This document shows positions 29,157 to 44,658 of a DNA stretch of 64,000 nt, in pieces (position 1 is the stretch's first letter; each line of letters starts with the position of its first letter). Under the pieces are notes generated by a model, which worked only from the letters and a program-made list of their open reading frames with translations, did not search any database and was not told the DNA's origin. This stretch comes from Chrysomallon squamiferum. Lineage: Eukaryota > Animalia > Mollusca. Made by a program: the position numbers and the translations under genes. The stretch covers positions 2,914,001 through 2,978,000 of the forward strand of contig CM022672.1 in assembly GCA_012295275.1 (NCBI GenBank), written 5' to 3'.

Positions 29157-31679
29157 TACTGAGCTCAAAAACATATACGATAGTGTTAGGATTGGAGACT
29201 TTGAATTCACTATAGTACAATGAACTCGATGTGTATGTGTATAAATATAAACTGAACGTTATTTGAACTGAACACCATCTTGAGAATAACCATTACTGAC
29301 AAAGAACCTTATTTTATAGACTACTTTATTTAACTTTGAATTTCTCACAAGTAATCTTTTAATTCGATACTCATGAATATTTAATTAATGTGGGTAAACT
29401 TACAACGTTATTTTAGATTATCCGAGAATAATTTAAAACAATTATTACTATAATTGGTATGTCTTTATGTGGGTGTGCATTTGTATGTAAGCATGCAGAT
29501 ATGTATTTATCTAGTACGTAGGTATATATGTGGGTGCGTTTGTCTGTGTATGTGTGTTTGTGCCAGCGAAAGCACTCAGTCTGAAAATAGAAAACAAAGT
29601 GCTTTAAAGAGATGATGTCCCTTGGTTCATTTCTTTCAACTAACAGCTTGGCTCTTTGCTGGAGTTTCAAAGCAGGTCCCTTACAATGCGCTCAGCTGAA
29701 TACAGTATCGACGTTTCGGTTCAGCTTTTTTGTTTCCAGGAAACAGCTGAAACCTTAAGCACTGTTTACTATCTCTCTATGACTGTTAGCGTAGATTCGT
29801 GTTCGGTGTCTTGTTCTCTAGGTAAATGCAGTCTTCTGTAATACGAACCATTAAACAGCTTTCGGAATTGATTGCAAAACACTTTTTTAAATATGTACAA
29901 TCGGTCGAACAGCGACATTATTGTCAACAAAACAGTTAATTCTGGGTTGTTTGGCTTGTGGAATGTTTTATGTGTGAGGGGCTTTTTTATTTTTTTTATT
30001 TTTCTTAATATTTCAGCTAGAGTAAATATTTGCAATAAATACGTAGGATACATCATTTAAATACAATGAAATCATTCAAACAGAATACCTAGGCCAAATT
30101 CTGTATGTCTGTCTGTATACGTAACAAGCTAAAATATGTACAACTCTTTTCTAACATCATTTACAGAGAGAAACTCTTTCATCGAGTTAAAATGTTTGAA
30201 AATTTCACTCTTGCTGTGTTTTGCAACAAATATTCTGAAAAAAATTCTGACACAGCTAGAGAATTCTGATAATGACGGAGAAGAAGGAGGTTCTTAGCCT
30301 TGGCTTTTATTTTATTTTATTTTATTTTTATTAATGGATGCATTCAATTCTTCGCTAAGTGCTACTTTTATAAAAACACAATTCCGTCTAGGGTTCAGTC
30401 ACCCCCATTAGCTCTCTAATCTTCAAGAGTTCAGGTCATGACTTACGTCCCTTGGTTACCACTGAAATATCAACCATTAAGAAGAATAAAAGTAAAGTTG
30501 AAACGTGTCAGGATCTCGGGTTGCAGACGAATTGCAGTAAGTAAACGTCTTTACTGTTGCAGTCACGAGTTTTACTTCAGTCATCTGTTTTTTTTTTAAT
30601 CACATCACATCAAGGACGTCATCGATCTGCCCTCCTTAGCACCGTGGTTGCTGTTGTGACATATTGGAACCCATACTGGCCATGTGAATTACAGAATTCC
30701 TGCATCAGGAAACCTTATTTCCAATTAAGATTTTGTGAATTCTCAGTCAAAGTCAAGTAATTTTTGCCTGTGAACGACTTTATTTTTACTTCCGGTTTAT
30801 CATAATTATTTTGATCTGCTTTAACGCTAATTTTTCTAATAATAAAAGCAATAATAATAGTAATAATAAGAAGAACAAGAACAAGAACAAGAACAAGAAG
30901 ATCAACAGCAACAACACAAACACTAAAACTAAGAACATGCAAAAATAACAGAAAAAGCAACAACGATGAAAGCAACAGTTGCAGCAACAATTAAAGTTAA
31001 ACAAAAATATAGGATTATGAAACGAAACAAAAACTGTAACCAAGGCAAATATATATAAAAAAAGTAATATAAAAACATAAATACAAAGCATGAACTATAG
31101 TAACATGATGACGAAAACAAATTAAAAAATAAATAAAAAAATGTAAAAAGTACTTAGGAAAAACAAAACCAAAACAAAACAGATAATCGACAAACAAAAG
31201 AAAATCACATAAAAACTGAAGATAACAAAGCTTCATAACAGATATACCTACAAATTCATTATTTTATATTCTGTTTCACAGAAATAATTATGAATAATAA
31301 TTTAAAACTTTCCATGTACAACCTTTATTATTACTTGTTTTCATTCATGTCTGAAATCCTCTATTAATTACTTAGTGTTGGTTTTCTCTGTATTTGATAG
31401 ACATTAATTACCTGTCTTGTCCTCTTTTCTAATATTTATCCCAGAAACTCGGCTTAGAAGTGACAGTTTTAATATAAAATAATTTACATTTAACGGCCTG
31501 TTTTCCGCTTTAACAACGTAACTATTCGACTGTCCATAGAGACCGCAACATAACTTGACGAGTTTTTTGTCGCAGAATGAATGAAATGAAGGTTAATGAA
31601 CTCTACGAATTTGATATAATAGAATTTGTTTATGAGTTCGTTACGAGAGAAATGGATGTTTTTCAAATACGGGAAATTA

Positions 31680-31960
31680 AGGTACAAGCTGTGCAAATTT
31701 TACGAGCTTGTAAACAGGATATGCAAATTATACATGTTTTAGTTACAAGCCGGGTAAATTATACGAGTCTGGAACAAGCTATGCAAATTAAACGAGTTTG
31801 TTACAGGTAATTCACGTTACCCGAGTTTTTACAAGGTGCGCAGATCTTACGAGTTTGGGACGAACTGTGCAAAATAAACAAACTGGCTGTAGATACTTTG
31901 CAAAATCTTCGAATTTCTTATTGTAGATGCAAATAATCCTGCAAGTTTGTTACAAACGTA
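31680..31960. repeat. Degenerate minisatellite, unit about 29-30 bp
   Basis: Recurring ACAAGCTATGCAAATTATACGAGTTTG variants. Confidence 0.7.
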
Positions 31961-32133
31961 TACAACAATCGCTGCGCAAACTTGTGAGTAAGTTATACAC
32001 GTTACTAGCTGCCTTTTTAAATTCTATAAATTTATTGCAAGGGAATGACCATGCATTCGGAATTCAAAAAATATTTGATTATTTAATAATTTGTTACAAA
32101 CAGAAATAGCGGATACAATCGCTTACAACCCCT

Positions 32134-32176
<43 letters not shown>

Positions 32177-33204
32177 CGCAAACATACACATACAACCACT
32201 AATTATTAATTTCGTGATCTGTGAACCTTTCGACAACAGGTTTATGGAAATAACCTGACAGTTATGTTAAAGATCTGTACAAAACTCGGCATCTCTCCTC
32301 GTGCGCTGATCTTTGATGAGACCCGGTTTTTCTTCAAAACCCCGTGGCAACGCCTCGACCACACTTCTATTACCGTCCCTAAATAAACCTGATTGCCAAT
32401 CATTTATTCGGTTCTTTCTTTAAAATTCAAAACAGAGTCAATTTGTGTGTGTTTGCCCTCTGACAACTGATCTTTTGTTGTCGACCTAATGCCTTAAAAA
32501 AAAATCAATCTCCAAGCTCTTGTTATTTCTGAAAGCCAGGCAAAGAGGCAGCGCATGCCCTGACTACATTTGTATTGTAAGAAATAATCCAGGATCGCTA
32601 ATTAGTCCTCGGTTACAGGCAAGTTCCACGAATATCACAAATGTCGAGGACACGTGTAACTCCATATCTGAGTCTTCTTTTCTTACATATTTACAAGTCG
32701 TAAACCGACTAAGGATACACTGATTATACTACTTACATCTCTAACTGGGTCTTGTGTTCAGACTGTAATATAATTATTGTATATTGGCAGTCTGGGCATA
32801 AACTCACAATATACAACGGAATTAAAATACTTTTCCAAGTCGGGTAAATGTCTGAGGATATACTGATTTGCGATTTTACAGCTCCAACTGGGTCACTGAT
32901 TAAGAATATAATTACTCTTATGTTCTTTACACTTTCATTCCAGTTAATGACCAAGCATATGTGGATTTAGAACTTTTGCATCCACTTATTAAAAATATAA
33001 GCCTATTGCTATGATATTTACATCCCAGGCGAAAAACGAGCTGAGGATATATTTATTGTTTACAACACTAATTGGTAGGCTATGTTAATATATTTCTTAC
33101 ACGTACATGACTGTTTATACCTCCAGCAGCTCACTGGGGTAGAATGTCGTTCAGTATTCTTTAAACTAATATGAATACCAATGCAATACTAATATTAACA
33201 ATAA

Positions 33205-33550
<346 letters not shown>

Positions 33551-34408
33551 AGACAACCTAATGTTTATCTCAAAAGATGTGTATTATTAAAGTTTGAAGA
33601 CTTTTTTGTTGTTGCTGTTTTTTGTTGTTGTTGTTGTTGTTGTTGTTGTTTTTTGTTGTTGTTGTTTTTTGTGTTCAGTTTGGGTCGCTATCGCAGGAAA
33701 GGTATGTGGCTGCGTGGTTTGCACCTTCAGTCAGTGTTAACATGATAATTAGGAAAGCTGGTAAAACGAACTCCCTGCAGATCCTCTGACGTAAGCGAAA
33801 TGATATCGGAAATTATTTACGATATTTTGTCACAAAGTCGTTTGAAATGCAGCGAAATTTCCATTACAACTCGTCTTAGGGGAATAAGACATGGAGCTGT
33901 GAAAAGATGTAATAATATATCACAAGAGCTGATGAGAAAAATAACAAGATATTAAGCGAAACAAGATGTGTTTCCCGAATATGCAGAGTTTAATCAGACG
34001 AAAAAAAGGATATTCATTTCTAAATAAATACATACGTATATACACATATACAATTTTCACTGTATTTATGAATTATAAAGGAATAACAGAAATCATTTCA
34101 TGGACGAGAAAATATATCTCCACGAGAGGCGTGCTTTAATGAACTCCCTTATACAAAAGTATGCCACAAATTACTCACATCAACAGCAACAAAGAAAAAA
34201 ATGAAACTCAGATAAACGTTGGAATACAGCATTCAGATCGATATTAAAATCTTTTCTGAAATGAATTACAGTTAGAATTTACCAGATGTAACAAATAAAC
34301 AGTGCTGTTGTAATCTGTCCAAGTATAACAATACGCAACAAGAAACCCATTTGCTTTAAGAAATATATAAATTAATAATAATAACGATGATGATAGTAGT
34401 AGCAGTAA

Positions 34409-34467
<59 letters not shown>

Positions 34468-34570
34468 ATAGTAGTTATAATATTAATAATAATAGTAAGA
34501 ATAACTGAAAATTTAATCTCTATCTATTTGCTCTCTCTTTCTCTCACTCAGTCTTTCACTCATTCACACA

Positions 34571-34660
<90 letters not shown>

Positions 34661-36010
34661 GTCTGTCTCTATCTCTAGCTCACTCATTTCATCAGTTCAG
34701 AAGAAAGAGACATCTAATTCTTTAGCAGATTTCTCCCTTTTATTAACAATGGATTCTACAGTAACATCATGTAGTTAAATATACATGCATATATATAATA
34801 TTATAAGATACACAGTATTATAATAAAACCAGATTTGAATTTACTCTAATTGATCCCTTGTGGATTTCTAAAGATTTTCGTTAACCTCTGGAGGTTATTT
34901 AAATACATCGCATGCACAGCTGTTTATGAGAAACGTGAACATTCTGTCCATGATGAGACAAAGGTGCCAATAAGATTTTTATTTGATTTCCTGCAGAAGA
35001 TAATTAATTATCTATTAAACTGCTCCAGTGTAATGCTGTTGTTGTTTTTTGAAGAAAGGTAGAATATGATGACAAGAAAAAAGTTAAACGTATTAGAAAC
35101 ATATTAGAAGGAATGGAAACCATGATGTCTACTCAGTAAGGATTTACCGTTATACGTTTTAACTACCATTAAAAATAAACTTGAATCATTCCATTCTCTT
35201 GCCTTGGTTGTTGTTTGTCGCAGAATCAGTCTTCATCCGGGTTTCTACACGGCTATTTCCCGTTCCGAACACTGATCCATGGTGGTTTATGCGCACTTGT
35301 ATGAAAATTCGACACGTTTGTCTTTGATACACAATATAAAAGTGAGCTGATTCATCAAAACAGAGCTAGTTTGTTAGATATTTAATTAGAAGAGTATGTC
35401 ATCAGCAATATATATATGTGTGTGTGTGTATGTATGTACGTATGTGTGTGTGTATGGGTGTATCCATTTATCTTTGATTTACAATAGTGATTTGATCCTG
35501 TCATGTCCCAGGCTTACAGTAAAATTACTGCATCGTCGATATCTTTTTCATTAACCCTTTTATCTCTATCTCGCGTTTCCATACGAAATATTCACTTGAC
35601 GTATAACCTTGATTGAACAACACCAGCTGATGTTTACAGTACACGTGTCCTTGACTCACTAACCTATCGCCGCCGCAGAGCAAGGTCAGGTTAGTGCTAG
35701 GACCATCATGCAACAGTTATTACGTTTGGGAGTTGAAAGGCTTTAATTACAACTAAATCGTTTTAGGATGTGACACTGACAAGAAGAGCAATCATACACA
35801 ATTATCTGTCATAAGGAAAGATTATTATGTTTTCCGGGAAAACCAAAACATCAATAGCGGACTGGAGATATTTCCTGTTCTTTCACTGGGGATGTCGAAC
35901 TCTACGACACAGTTACACGCTTTCGGTTCAAGAAACAGTTTAGTTTGAAAAAAACTTGTTAGGTGTTTCATCCAGCTGTTTCCTTATTTACAGGTGTTTT
36001 TGTTGTTGTT

Positions 36011-36561
<551 letters not shown>

Positions 36562-36869
36562 TAAATGAAAATTCACCATTACCCACGCACGCTATACAAG
36601 ATAAAGATTTCATTTTGCCGTTCGCTCGTTTTCGTGGCTTCAACAATCAAAGTAAATATCAGTCTACAAATCAGAAGTGACGTTATCTGTTTTGTTCAGA
36701 AACGGCACGAACTGAGATTTGTTGACTACCGTCGTTTGCTGCAAAATGATATCTTCGTCTGAATCTGGTTATCTGATACCAACCTGATAGGGTCATAAAG
36801 AAAGTGGGTTTGTTGTGGAAGAAACGAAAGAAAACAGGAATAATGATGGATGAAATAAAGACAGAAAAA

Positions 36870-37025
36870 TAAAGGAAAGGAAATTAATGATCCAGAGAGC
36901 ATTGTTTTGATCCGCTGTTATTATGTTGTACTAAAGGATCAAACAGATAAAGCGAGATGAAGTCTACTGCTAGGGGTTACTCTTTACCAAACAGCAGAAA
37001 AGTACGTTTTAATGCGCCTTCCCTT
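36870..37025 (-). mobile_element. Second decayed fragment of the same SINE family (core and 3' part), opposite orientation
   Basis: GGTTACTCTTTACCAAACAGCAGAAAAGTACGTTTTAATGCGCCTTCCC is a diverged reverse complement of 4029-4076. Confidence 0.5.
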
Positions 37026-37189
37026 AGAGTTTGAAAGAAGAAATAATACGTATGAACGAAAGGATGAATAACGAATAAAATAAACGAGTAAGAGAAGGAA
37101 AGAAAGAAGAACGATATGCATATGTATTTATTTATTTGTTTAGCTCTGTATGTCTGTCTGTCTATCTATTTATCTATATCTACCTATCG

Positions 37190-37221
<32 letters not shown>

Positions 37222-37313
37222 GTATGTATATATCCATCCATCTATCTATCCAACCATCCATCCACACACACACACACACATACATACATACATACATACA
37301 TACATACACACAT

Positions 37314-37480
37314 ATACACATTCGTACATACTTACATATATACATGAACAAACACACACACATACATACATACACACATACATATACACATTCGTACATA
37401 CTTACATACATACATGAACAAACACACACACATACATAATACATACACACATACACACATATACACATTCGTACATACAT
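37314..37480. repeat. Higher-order duplication (about 70 bp) within a CA/TACA microsatellite field
   Basis: TACACATTCGTACATACTTACATA...CATGAACAAACACACACAC occurs twice, followed by a partial third copy. Confidence 0.75.
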
Positions 37481-39695
37481 AGAAACATGAACCTATTCCT
37501 TTTTGAATTTATCATTATTAATATCATTATCATCGTCATCATCCATCATCATCATCATCATTACGGGTATTGTTATTGTTGTTATTATGTAATTGCTGTC
37601 ATCGTCATTAATCTTTATTTTATTTTCTTAATTAGTTCTCTTTTTTTTTCTTTTATTCCATCACTCCGCATTTCATTTAAAATAATCAATAACAAACAAT
37701 ACAAATCCTATAATTCAAAAAAATAATAATAGTGATAATAAACCAACGAACAACAACAACAAAAAAAACACATATGTAATTTTATAAAATCCACTAGGAC
37801 AAAATCAGCGTAATAAATACACGTAAATATTGACATAAATCCAGCGAGACTGACTCATTAGCTAAAAGCATCTTGCCACACACGAAAAACATAATACGTT
37901 GTCAATCAGAAGACTTGTAAAGAAAAATATTACATGGGTGAAATCAATAAAGAGAGTTTGAACGAAGACACTGGTCAAATGATAGGGGATTTTCGCGAGC
38001 AAGCAATGATTGAGACGAACTGTGGAGGATACATCGTTAGGTTACTTCAGACGCGAATAAAACTGATCAGAGCATGCGTCAAATCGGGTTTGAAATTACT
38101 TTCGTGAGTTTCATGCGGTAGACTGTAAAACTGCGTTTTTGTTCTAAACATTTGTCAGTTTTGAGGGACGCTGGATGTGTTGGTGTGTGTGTGTCAGTGC
38201 TTTTGTGTTTGCGTTTGAGAGTGCGTTTATTTATGTTTTTTTCATGTGTAGGAGTTGTTGTTTTTGTTTTCTTTTTTGTTTTTGTTGTTTTTCTTTTGTT
38301 GAGTCGTTTCTTTCTGCGTTTTTCAAAATCGAGTGTAGTCGTCTATATACTCTGATATTCAAATTAAAAAATAAAATGTAATATTCTGGTTTGGTTACAA
38401 TGTATCCATTTTGTATCATGTATGTTGTGTCCCCTTCATATAAACGGTTTCTGGTGAGATGTTAAACATTCATTCATTCATTAATTCATTCATTTATTGT
38501 AGCATACAAACTTCAGTAAAATAATCCAAACCATCCTTGTCACTAAAACAACAAAGAAATGATGAAGTATTGGAAATTCTGTATTTATATCAAAATATTA
38601 AATAATAATAAACAAAAATATTCGTATTCGTGTAACCACTCACAGTCTTTGTTCTACTGCTCTAATATCACAACTTAACTAAATCTTTAAACCTGTGAAA
38701 CATATAGAGTGGAGTTTATTAGAAATACATTTTTACATTACAAACCTAATGCTAAATTATTTATCAGACAATGCCGTTTCATAAGCGATCATTACCACAG
38801 ACTAACAGCAAATAAAATAGAAAGCCTATATGAATCTACCTTCTGTAACCCAGATTTTTTATATTCATTAAATGAATAAAAAGTTTGTTAATTTCAGTTC
38901 GGTTCACAAAGGTCTTATTATAAAAGGTATTTTCTGCATCAGTGCAGTATATGATGTAAGTAGTTTCTTAAAATAAAACCTGTTGTTTTAAAATTAATGA
39001 TTATGAAAATGTGTTTATGCACGGAACAAGAAGTATATCTGCTAATGTTTGGATTACACAGTTTCCAGACAATGACATTAAAGCATCATGGTCTTAGTAG
39101 GCTATATTTATATTAGGTAATGCAGATGTATATGTATTTATAACGTCAAAGTTATGTATTAGAATCTGCAAAGAGATGACTTCATGCGTTAAGTAATATT
39201 CAAGAGAAACATTTTTTTCTTTGTCTGTACGTTTCTATTTTTTTCTTAATTACTCTTTCTATTTTACTATTTTTTAAATCCTTCTCTTCATTTAGCTCTT
39301 TACTTTCCTTAAAATAGTCTCTCTCTCCCTCTGTCTCTCTCTGTTTATCGCTGTCTCTGTCTCTCTGTCTCTCTGTCTCTGTCTCTCTTTGTCTCTCTCT
39401 TGCTATATCTTTCTCTATCTCTCTGTCTCTCTCTTGCTATGTCTTTCTCTATCTCTGTCTCTCTCTTGTTATATCTTTCTCTATCTCTCTGTTTCTCTCT
39501 GTGTCTGTCTCTCTGTTTCTCTCTCACAAATACACACACATACACACACACAAACACACACACATACAAATACACGTACACTATACAAAGACACATACAT
39601 ATATGTACCGTTTCACTTTTCAATCTAAAAATTGCTTATATCATGTTATCAAAATTTAATTCACACATTCTGAGCGAGAGAAATGCATATGCATA

Positions 39696-39704
39696 TAGAT
39701 AGAT

Positions 39705-39774
<70 letters not shown>
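39696..39774. repeat. (AGAT)n microsatellite
   Basis: Direct inspection. Confidence 0.95.
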
Positions 39775-39778
<4 letters not shown>

Positions 39779-39915
39779 CTTAATTTTAATATGATGACTT
39801 TTGTAATATAATAATAGCAATAGCTGTACTAGTTGCAGTACTAGTAGTAGTAGTAGTAGTAGTCATATTATCATCATTATCATAAAAGTGTCAATAATGC
39901 AGTAGCAGTGATAGC

Positions 39916-39958
<43 letters not shown>

Positions 39959-40560
39959 ATAGTAGTAGTAGTAGTAGTAGTAACTGTAGTACTGGCAGCA
40001 TGAGCAGTAATAGTAGTAATATAGATGTTGTAGTAGTAACTGTTGTAAAAGCTGTCACTGTCGTTGTACTACCAGTAAACTGAAACAACAGCAGCAATGC
40101 CTACAGCAGTAACAACTGTAGCTGAAGTAAAAAAGTAACTGTAACAAAGAATAAGAATATGTAAAAGTCCTAGACGCGGTAGTTAATAATAGAACCTGTA
40201 GGGCAATTCATTTCTCTTACTTTTGTTTAATTAAGCTATCAAAGTTTAACATTTTCGCAAACAATGATGCTTGAATCTAAATGCCACTTTCACTCACAGC
40301 AGCAATCTTCAAATGAAACAGACAGAAAAACACAAAGAAGCTTTTAGAGTTTTAACGGTAATAAGTTCTATATTTTGAAGAAGACTACAAAATGGGATTT
40401 CATGCACAGAATGCCCCCACTCGTTTTTTGTCAGCAACAAAATGTTAATACCAATTGATTTTCTTTCTTTTATTTTTTTTATTTTTTATTTTTTAAAACT
40501 TTTTCCCCCCTTATTTTAATAAACGACTGAACGCACTTGACTGACTTCAAACTGCAAATG

Positions 40561-40634
<74 letters not shown>

Positions 40635-41798
40635 GTTATTCTTTCTTTGGAGCAACAGAAAGAAAAGGTCTTGTTTTATTACAGTATTCGGAAAAGCAAA
40701 GTACTGGAATTTTTTTGGTTTATTTTCAAGAGATTGTCTGATACAATTTTGTTATTAAGTTATCTCTTTCCTGACTATTTTATAAATATAAATATATAAG
40801 TACTTTACGGGAATCTATATATATATATATATACATGTGTATATGTGCTTGTATGTGTGTGTGTTTGCGTGTGTGTATACATTTGTATATATGTGGATGT
40901 ATATATGTTTATACGTGTATATATTTATATATATATATGTGTGTGTGTATGTATATGTACCTGTATGTGTATATGTGAATGTGTATATCTCTATGTATAC
41001 ACACACACACACGCCTATGCACACATGCATACATAAATACATACAAGCTCATTTTCACGTCATTACATACTTCTACTACAACTACTACAACTACCATTAC
41101 TACTACTATCATCGTAACTGCTATTACTGCCACTTTTATGATAATGATGATAATAATAACAATAATAACAACAAAATGATTATGATTATTATTATTACTA
41201 GTAGTAGTAGTAGTAGTAGTAGTAGTACTATTATTATTATTATTATTATTGTTATTGTTATTGTTATTATCATCATCATCAGTAACTGTCTTCATTATTA
41301 ACAAACACATAAAAAGACAGCACAGTGCACATTAACCGAGTTTCCTAATCTAATCAGTCTAAATTACAGGTAACAATACCTGAAAAAAACGTATTACCTT
41401 TACATTAAACTGATGCGAGTGCTAGTGTTATTAATATTACTCTTTAATGAGTGTGTTGCGTGTGATGACGACAGAATGACGTCATACTTTTGTCTCTCAG
41501 TTTACAGTGATGTGGCACGGTAGTGGTAATTATAAAACAGCGACGTTTGTGAACAAAAAAAAAAAAAAAAAAGAAGAAAGAAGGAAATAATCGATCTTAA
41601 ACTCTGTAATACTAAAAACATAGTTGTTACTACTACTACTACTATTACTACTGTTACCTGACCTTTTTATTACAAAATCGTGCTACATAATCATAAGGTT
41701 TCGTCATCTTTAATTATTTACCATATTTATGCTGATATAAACAAACATAATTGTGTCTTGCATCGCTTTATATTTGTCCTCATTCGAAATAACCATTA

Positions 41799-41846
<48 letters not shown>

Positions 41847-42609
41847 AACAGAGCTATAACAAAAGATAATGACGTCGATTAGCACTTCATTTCCTAATGT
41901 TTATATAACGCGGTCAAAGGTCGTAGCATTATGACGTCATAAGTGCTTCTATTATGACGTTAGCAACTGTTTGCATTGAAGAAGGAAACAGCGGTAACAG
42001 AGGTTTTTGATTTATTCTTTTGATCTACGAAGCATACAAAGGTAGGTAGAGAAAAGGGTAGCGTAGTTTGGTAACATAAAAACAGAACGTATTCTTAAAC
42101 CTTGTTGAAATTTCACATTTTCTGTATAGGTTTAGATAACAAATGTAGGTGCAATTTTCTAAACATTGGAAGTTTCTTTTAATAAAATGAGTATATAGTG
42201 TGTTCCTGAAATATGCTATTGCAGATTGGAAATCTCTGAATTCGGCTGTTAGTCAACATGATTGCACTTCGTGTTGCTTCTACCAAAAATAACAAATTTA
42301 TATGCTGAATTCACGATCCTGTATACACCGTTTAATTAACAGAAGAAAGAGTGAAATGTATAATGTCGAAAATGATTTCTGCGACGATAATATTTATCAT
42401 GATAGCATTTGGATAATATTAAAGTATGTCAGATATAATCAGATGTTTCGACAAGAACAAAGCGTCGATAGCTGTGTTTATAAAACATACATCTGTGATC
42501 TGAAGCCCAGCTTTACAGTCCATTGCTTGTATAACCCGGAGTTTATTGGTTATTAAATAAACTTTAGTGTGGAGCAGTCTGATGTGACCATGTGTGGTGT
42601 GGTCTAGCA

Positions 42610-42900
42610 GTGTATAATGTAGTGTAGTGTAGTTGTGTGTAGTGTAGTGTTGTATAGTGTAGTGTAGTGTAGTGTTGTATAGTGTAGTGTAGTGTAGTGT
42701 TGTATAATGTAGTGTAGTGTAGTTGTGTGTAGTGTAGTGTTGTATAGTGTAGTCTAGTGTAATGTAGTGGTGTGTCGTGTAGTGTAGTGCTGTTTATTTT
42801 AATGTGGTATAGTGTAGTGCTATGTAGTGTATGTAATGGTGTTTAGTGTAATATAGTGGTGTATAGTGATGTGTAGTGTAGTGTAGTGATATGTAGTTTA
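42610..42900. repeat. Degenerate (TAGTG)n pentanucleotide repeat
   Basis: Direct inspection. Confidence 0.9.
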
Positions 42901-44513
42901 ATGTACTGGTGTATAAAGCAGTATAATGTAATCTAGTGTAATGAAATGTGGTCTGCTGTAGTGTGGTCCAATGTAGTTGTATAAAACAGTGAAGTTTATT
43001 TTAGTGCGATATATTGCAGTGTGCTTGTGTTTGGATAGAAAATACTATCTAAGCACACTGTAAGTTCCTAGATTAACATTGTGTGTAACCCTGATAAAAG
43101 ATTTATTGTATCTCAAACTAATCGACTACTCTGTCTTCAGGAAAAAGAAAATTTCCACACATAACAATTATCAGCGTGAAATTAATATATTTAAGAGTCC
43201 GCTCTCTGGTTGCGTTTGTTTTCAAAGTTCATTCAGTATTCGCGGATTAGCACCATGCAATAAAAAAAAACAGAAAATAATATTCAATCATTAACAAAAC
43301 GTACTAAGTTCACTATTTGTTTCCAGGCTGTTTAATATATAAACAGCGACTGACAGTGTGTAATAAAAGAAAAAAAAAAAAAAAAATAAAAAATAAAAAT
43401 CACTTTCGTATCGACAATGTCGCTACAAAGAATCCTGTAATTTTTTTTTTTTTTTTTTTTTTTATCTGCGGAAACCTGCTGTCACTATTGCGTATCAGGC
43501 GAAGCAGATTCCTGTGTGCGTAATCAGCCAGAACAGTGCTAGACGATCTCGGCTGATGAAAGCAATTTGAAACGCACCCAGTCGCCCACAGGAAAGTGCA
43601 TCTACTTCGGAATATGATCACCAGCCGAGAGGGAGTGGTTTCGTTAGTGGGTGTTTTTGTTTGTCAGAGTAATAGTGTCTGAGTGTACGTATACGAGAGA
43701 GTGTGCTTTTATGTACGGCTGTGTGGATGGTTATAATGTATGTATGTGTGTATGTATGTATGTATGTATGTGTGTATGTTTGTATGTGTGTGTGTATGTG
43801 TGTGTATGTATTTATATATGTATATATGTCTATGTACTTATATATGTATATATGTCTATGTATTTATATATGTATATATGTCTATGTACAAATTATATGT
43901 ACGTATGTGAATACATATATAGGTGTTTACGAATGTATTTGTTCCAGTCAGTGTGAATGTATGTGTATGCGTTAAGAATCAAAGTTGATGTCCAGATTAA
44001 TTAAATCAGTATTATATTCAATGCTAATTACAGTTTTCATTGTATACCAAAAGAGATTAAAACTTTTCCATTGGAGTCTGCAAAATATGGGGCAGAATGG
44101 CACAAACATTACAGAACATACAGTTTACAACATTCACATGTACTGCGTATAAAATGTGTATGAAAAAATTCAGATTTGTTTTCATTGATAGTAGATATAA
44201 CATTAAGAATCCCACTTTTTAAGTTCTAAATCGTTTTGACACATTTTATAAATATTCAGAATTATTCAATATTAAATATATAAATAAATTAATTGGTTAT
44301 TTAATACTTCCATTGCTGTATTTTTGAAGTTATCATTATACTAGTTCATAATAGAATAAATGTATAATAACAAAAATAAAACAAAGTACCTCTGACAACA
44401 TGGCCATGAGAAACCTAAGCTACTTGTTGACAAACTGTCAGTGTACAAAACGCCGTTGTCTTTTCAGTTTTATCAGATTCTCTGTACGACATTAATACAA
44501 GAAAACCACTCAC

Positions 44514-44571
44514 AACTTTCACACGTATCAGCTTGTTCATCTCGCAAGAGAAAAGAATAATCTGTACTTAC
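44514..44571 (-). other. Candidate cryptic RS-exon (58 nt) after ratchet point 1
   Basis: Begins with GTAAGT and ends at GTT|GTGAGT (donor hexamer 44513-44508). Confidence 0.45.
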
Positions 44572-44605
44572 CTGAAAAGAAATAAGAATAAAGACAAATA
44601 ATTTA
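44566..44605 (-). other. Candidate recursive splice site (ratchet point 1): 3' splice site immediately followed by a consensus 5' splice site
   Basis: Minus strand reads ...TTATTTGTCTTTATTCTTATTTCTTTTCAG|GTAAGTACA. CAG is at 44574-44572 and GTAAGT at 44571-44566. There is no other AG for about 30 nt upstream. Confidence 0.7.
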
Positions 44606-44624
44606 CTGTTGTTTCTTTGTTCTT

Positions 44625-44658
<34 letters not shown>

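Noticed and set aside
31577-31810. 77-aa ORF MNEMKVNELYEF...
   Set aside because: It overlaps the 30-bp degenerate minisatellite, whose periodicity explains the open frame.
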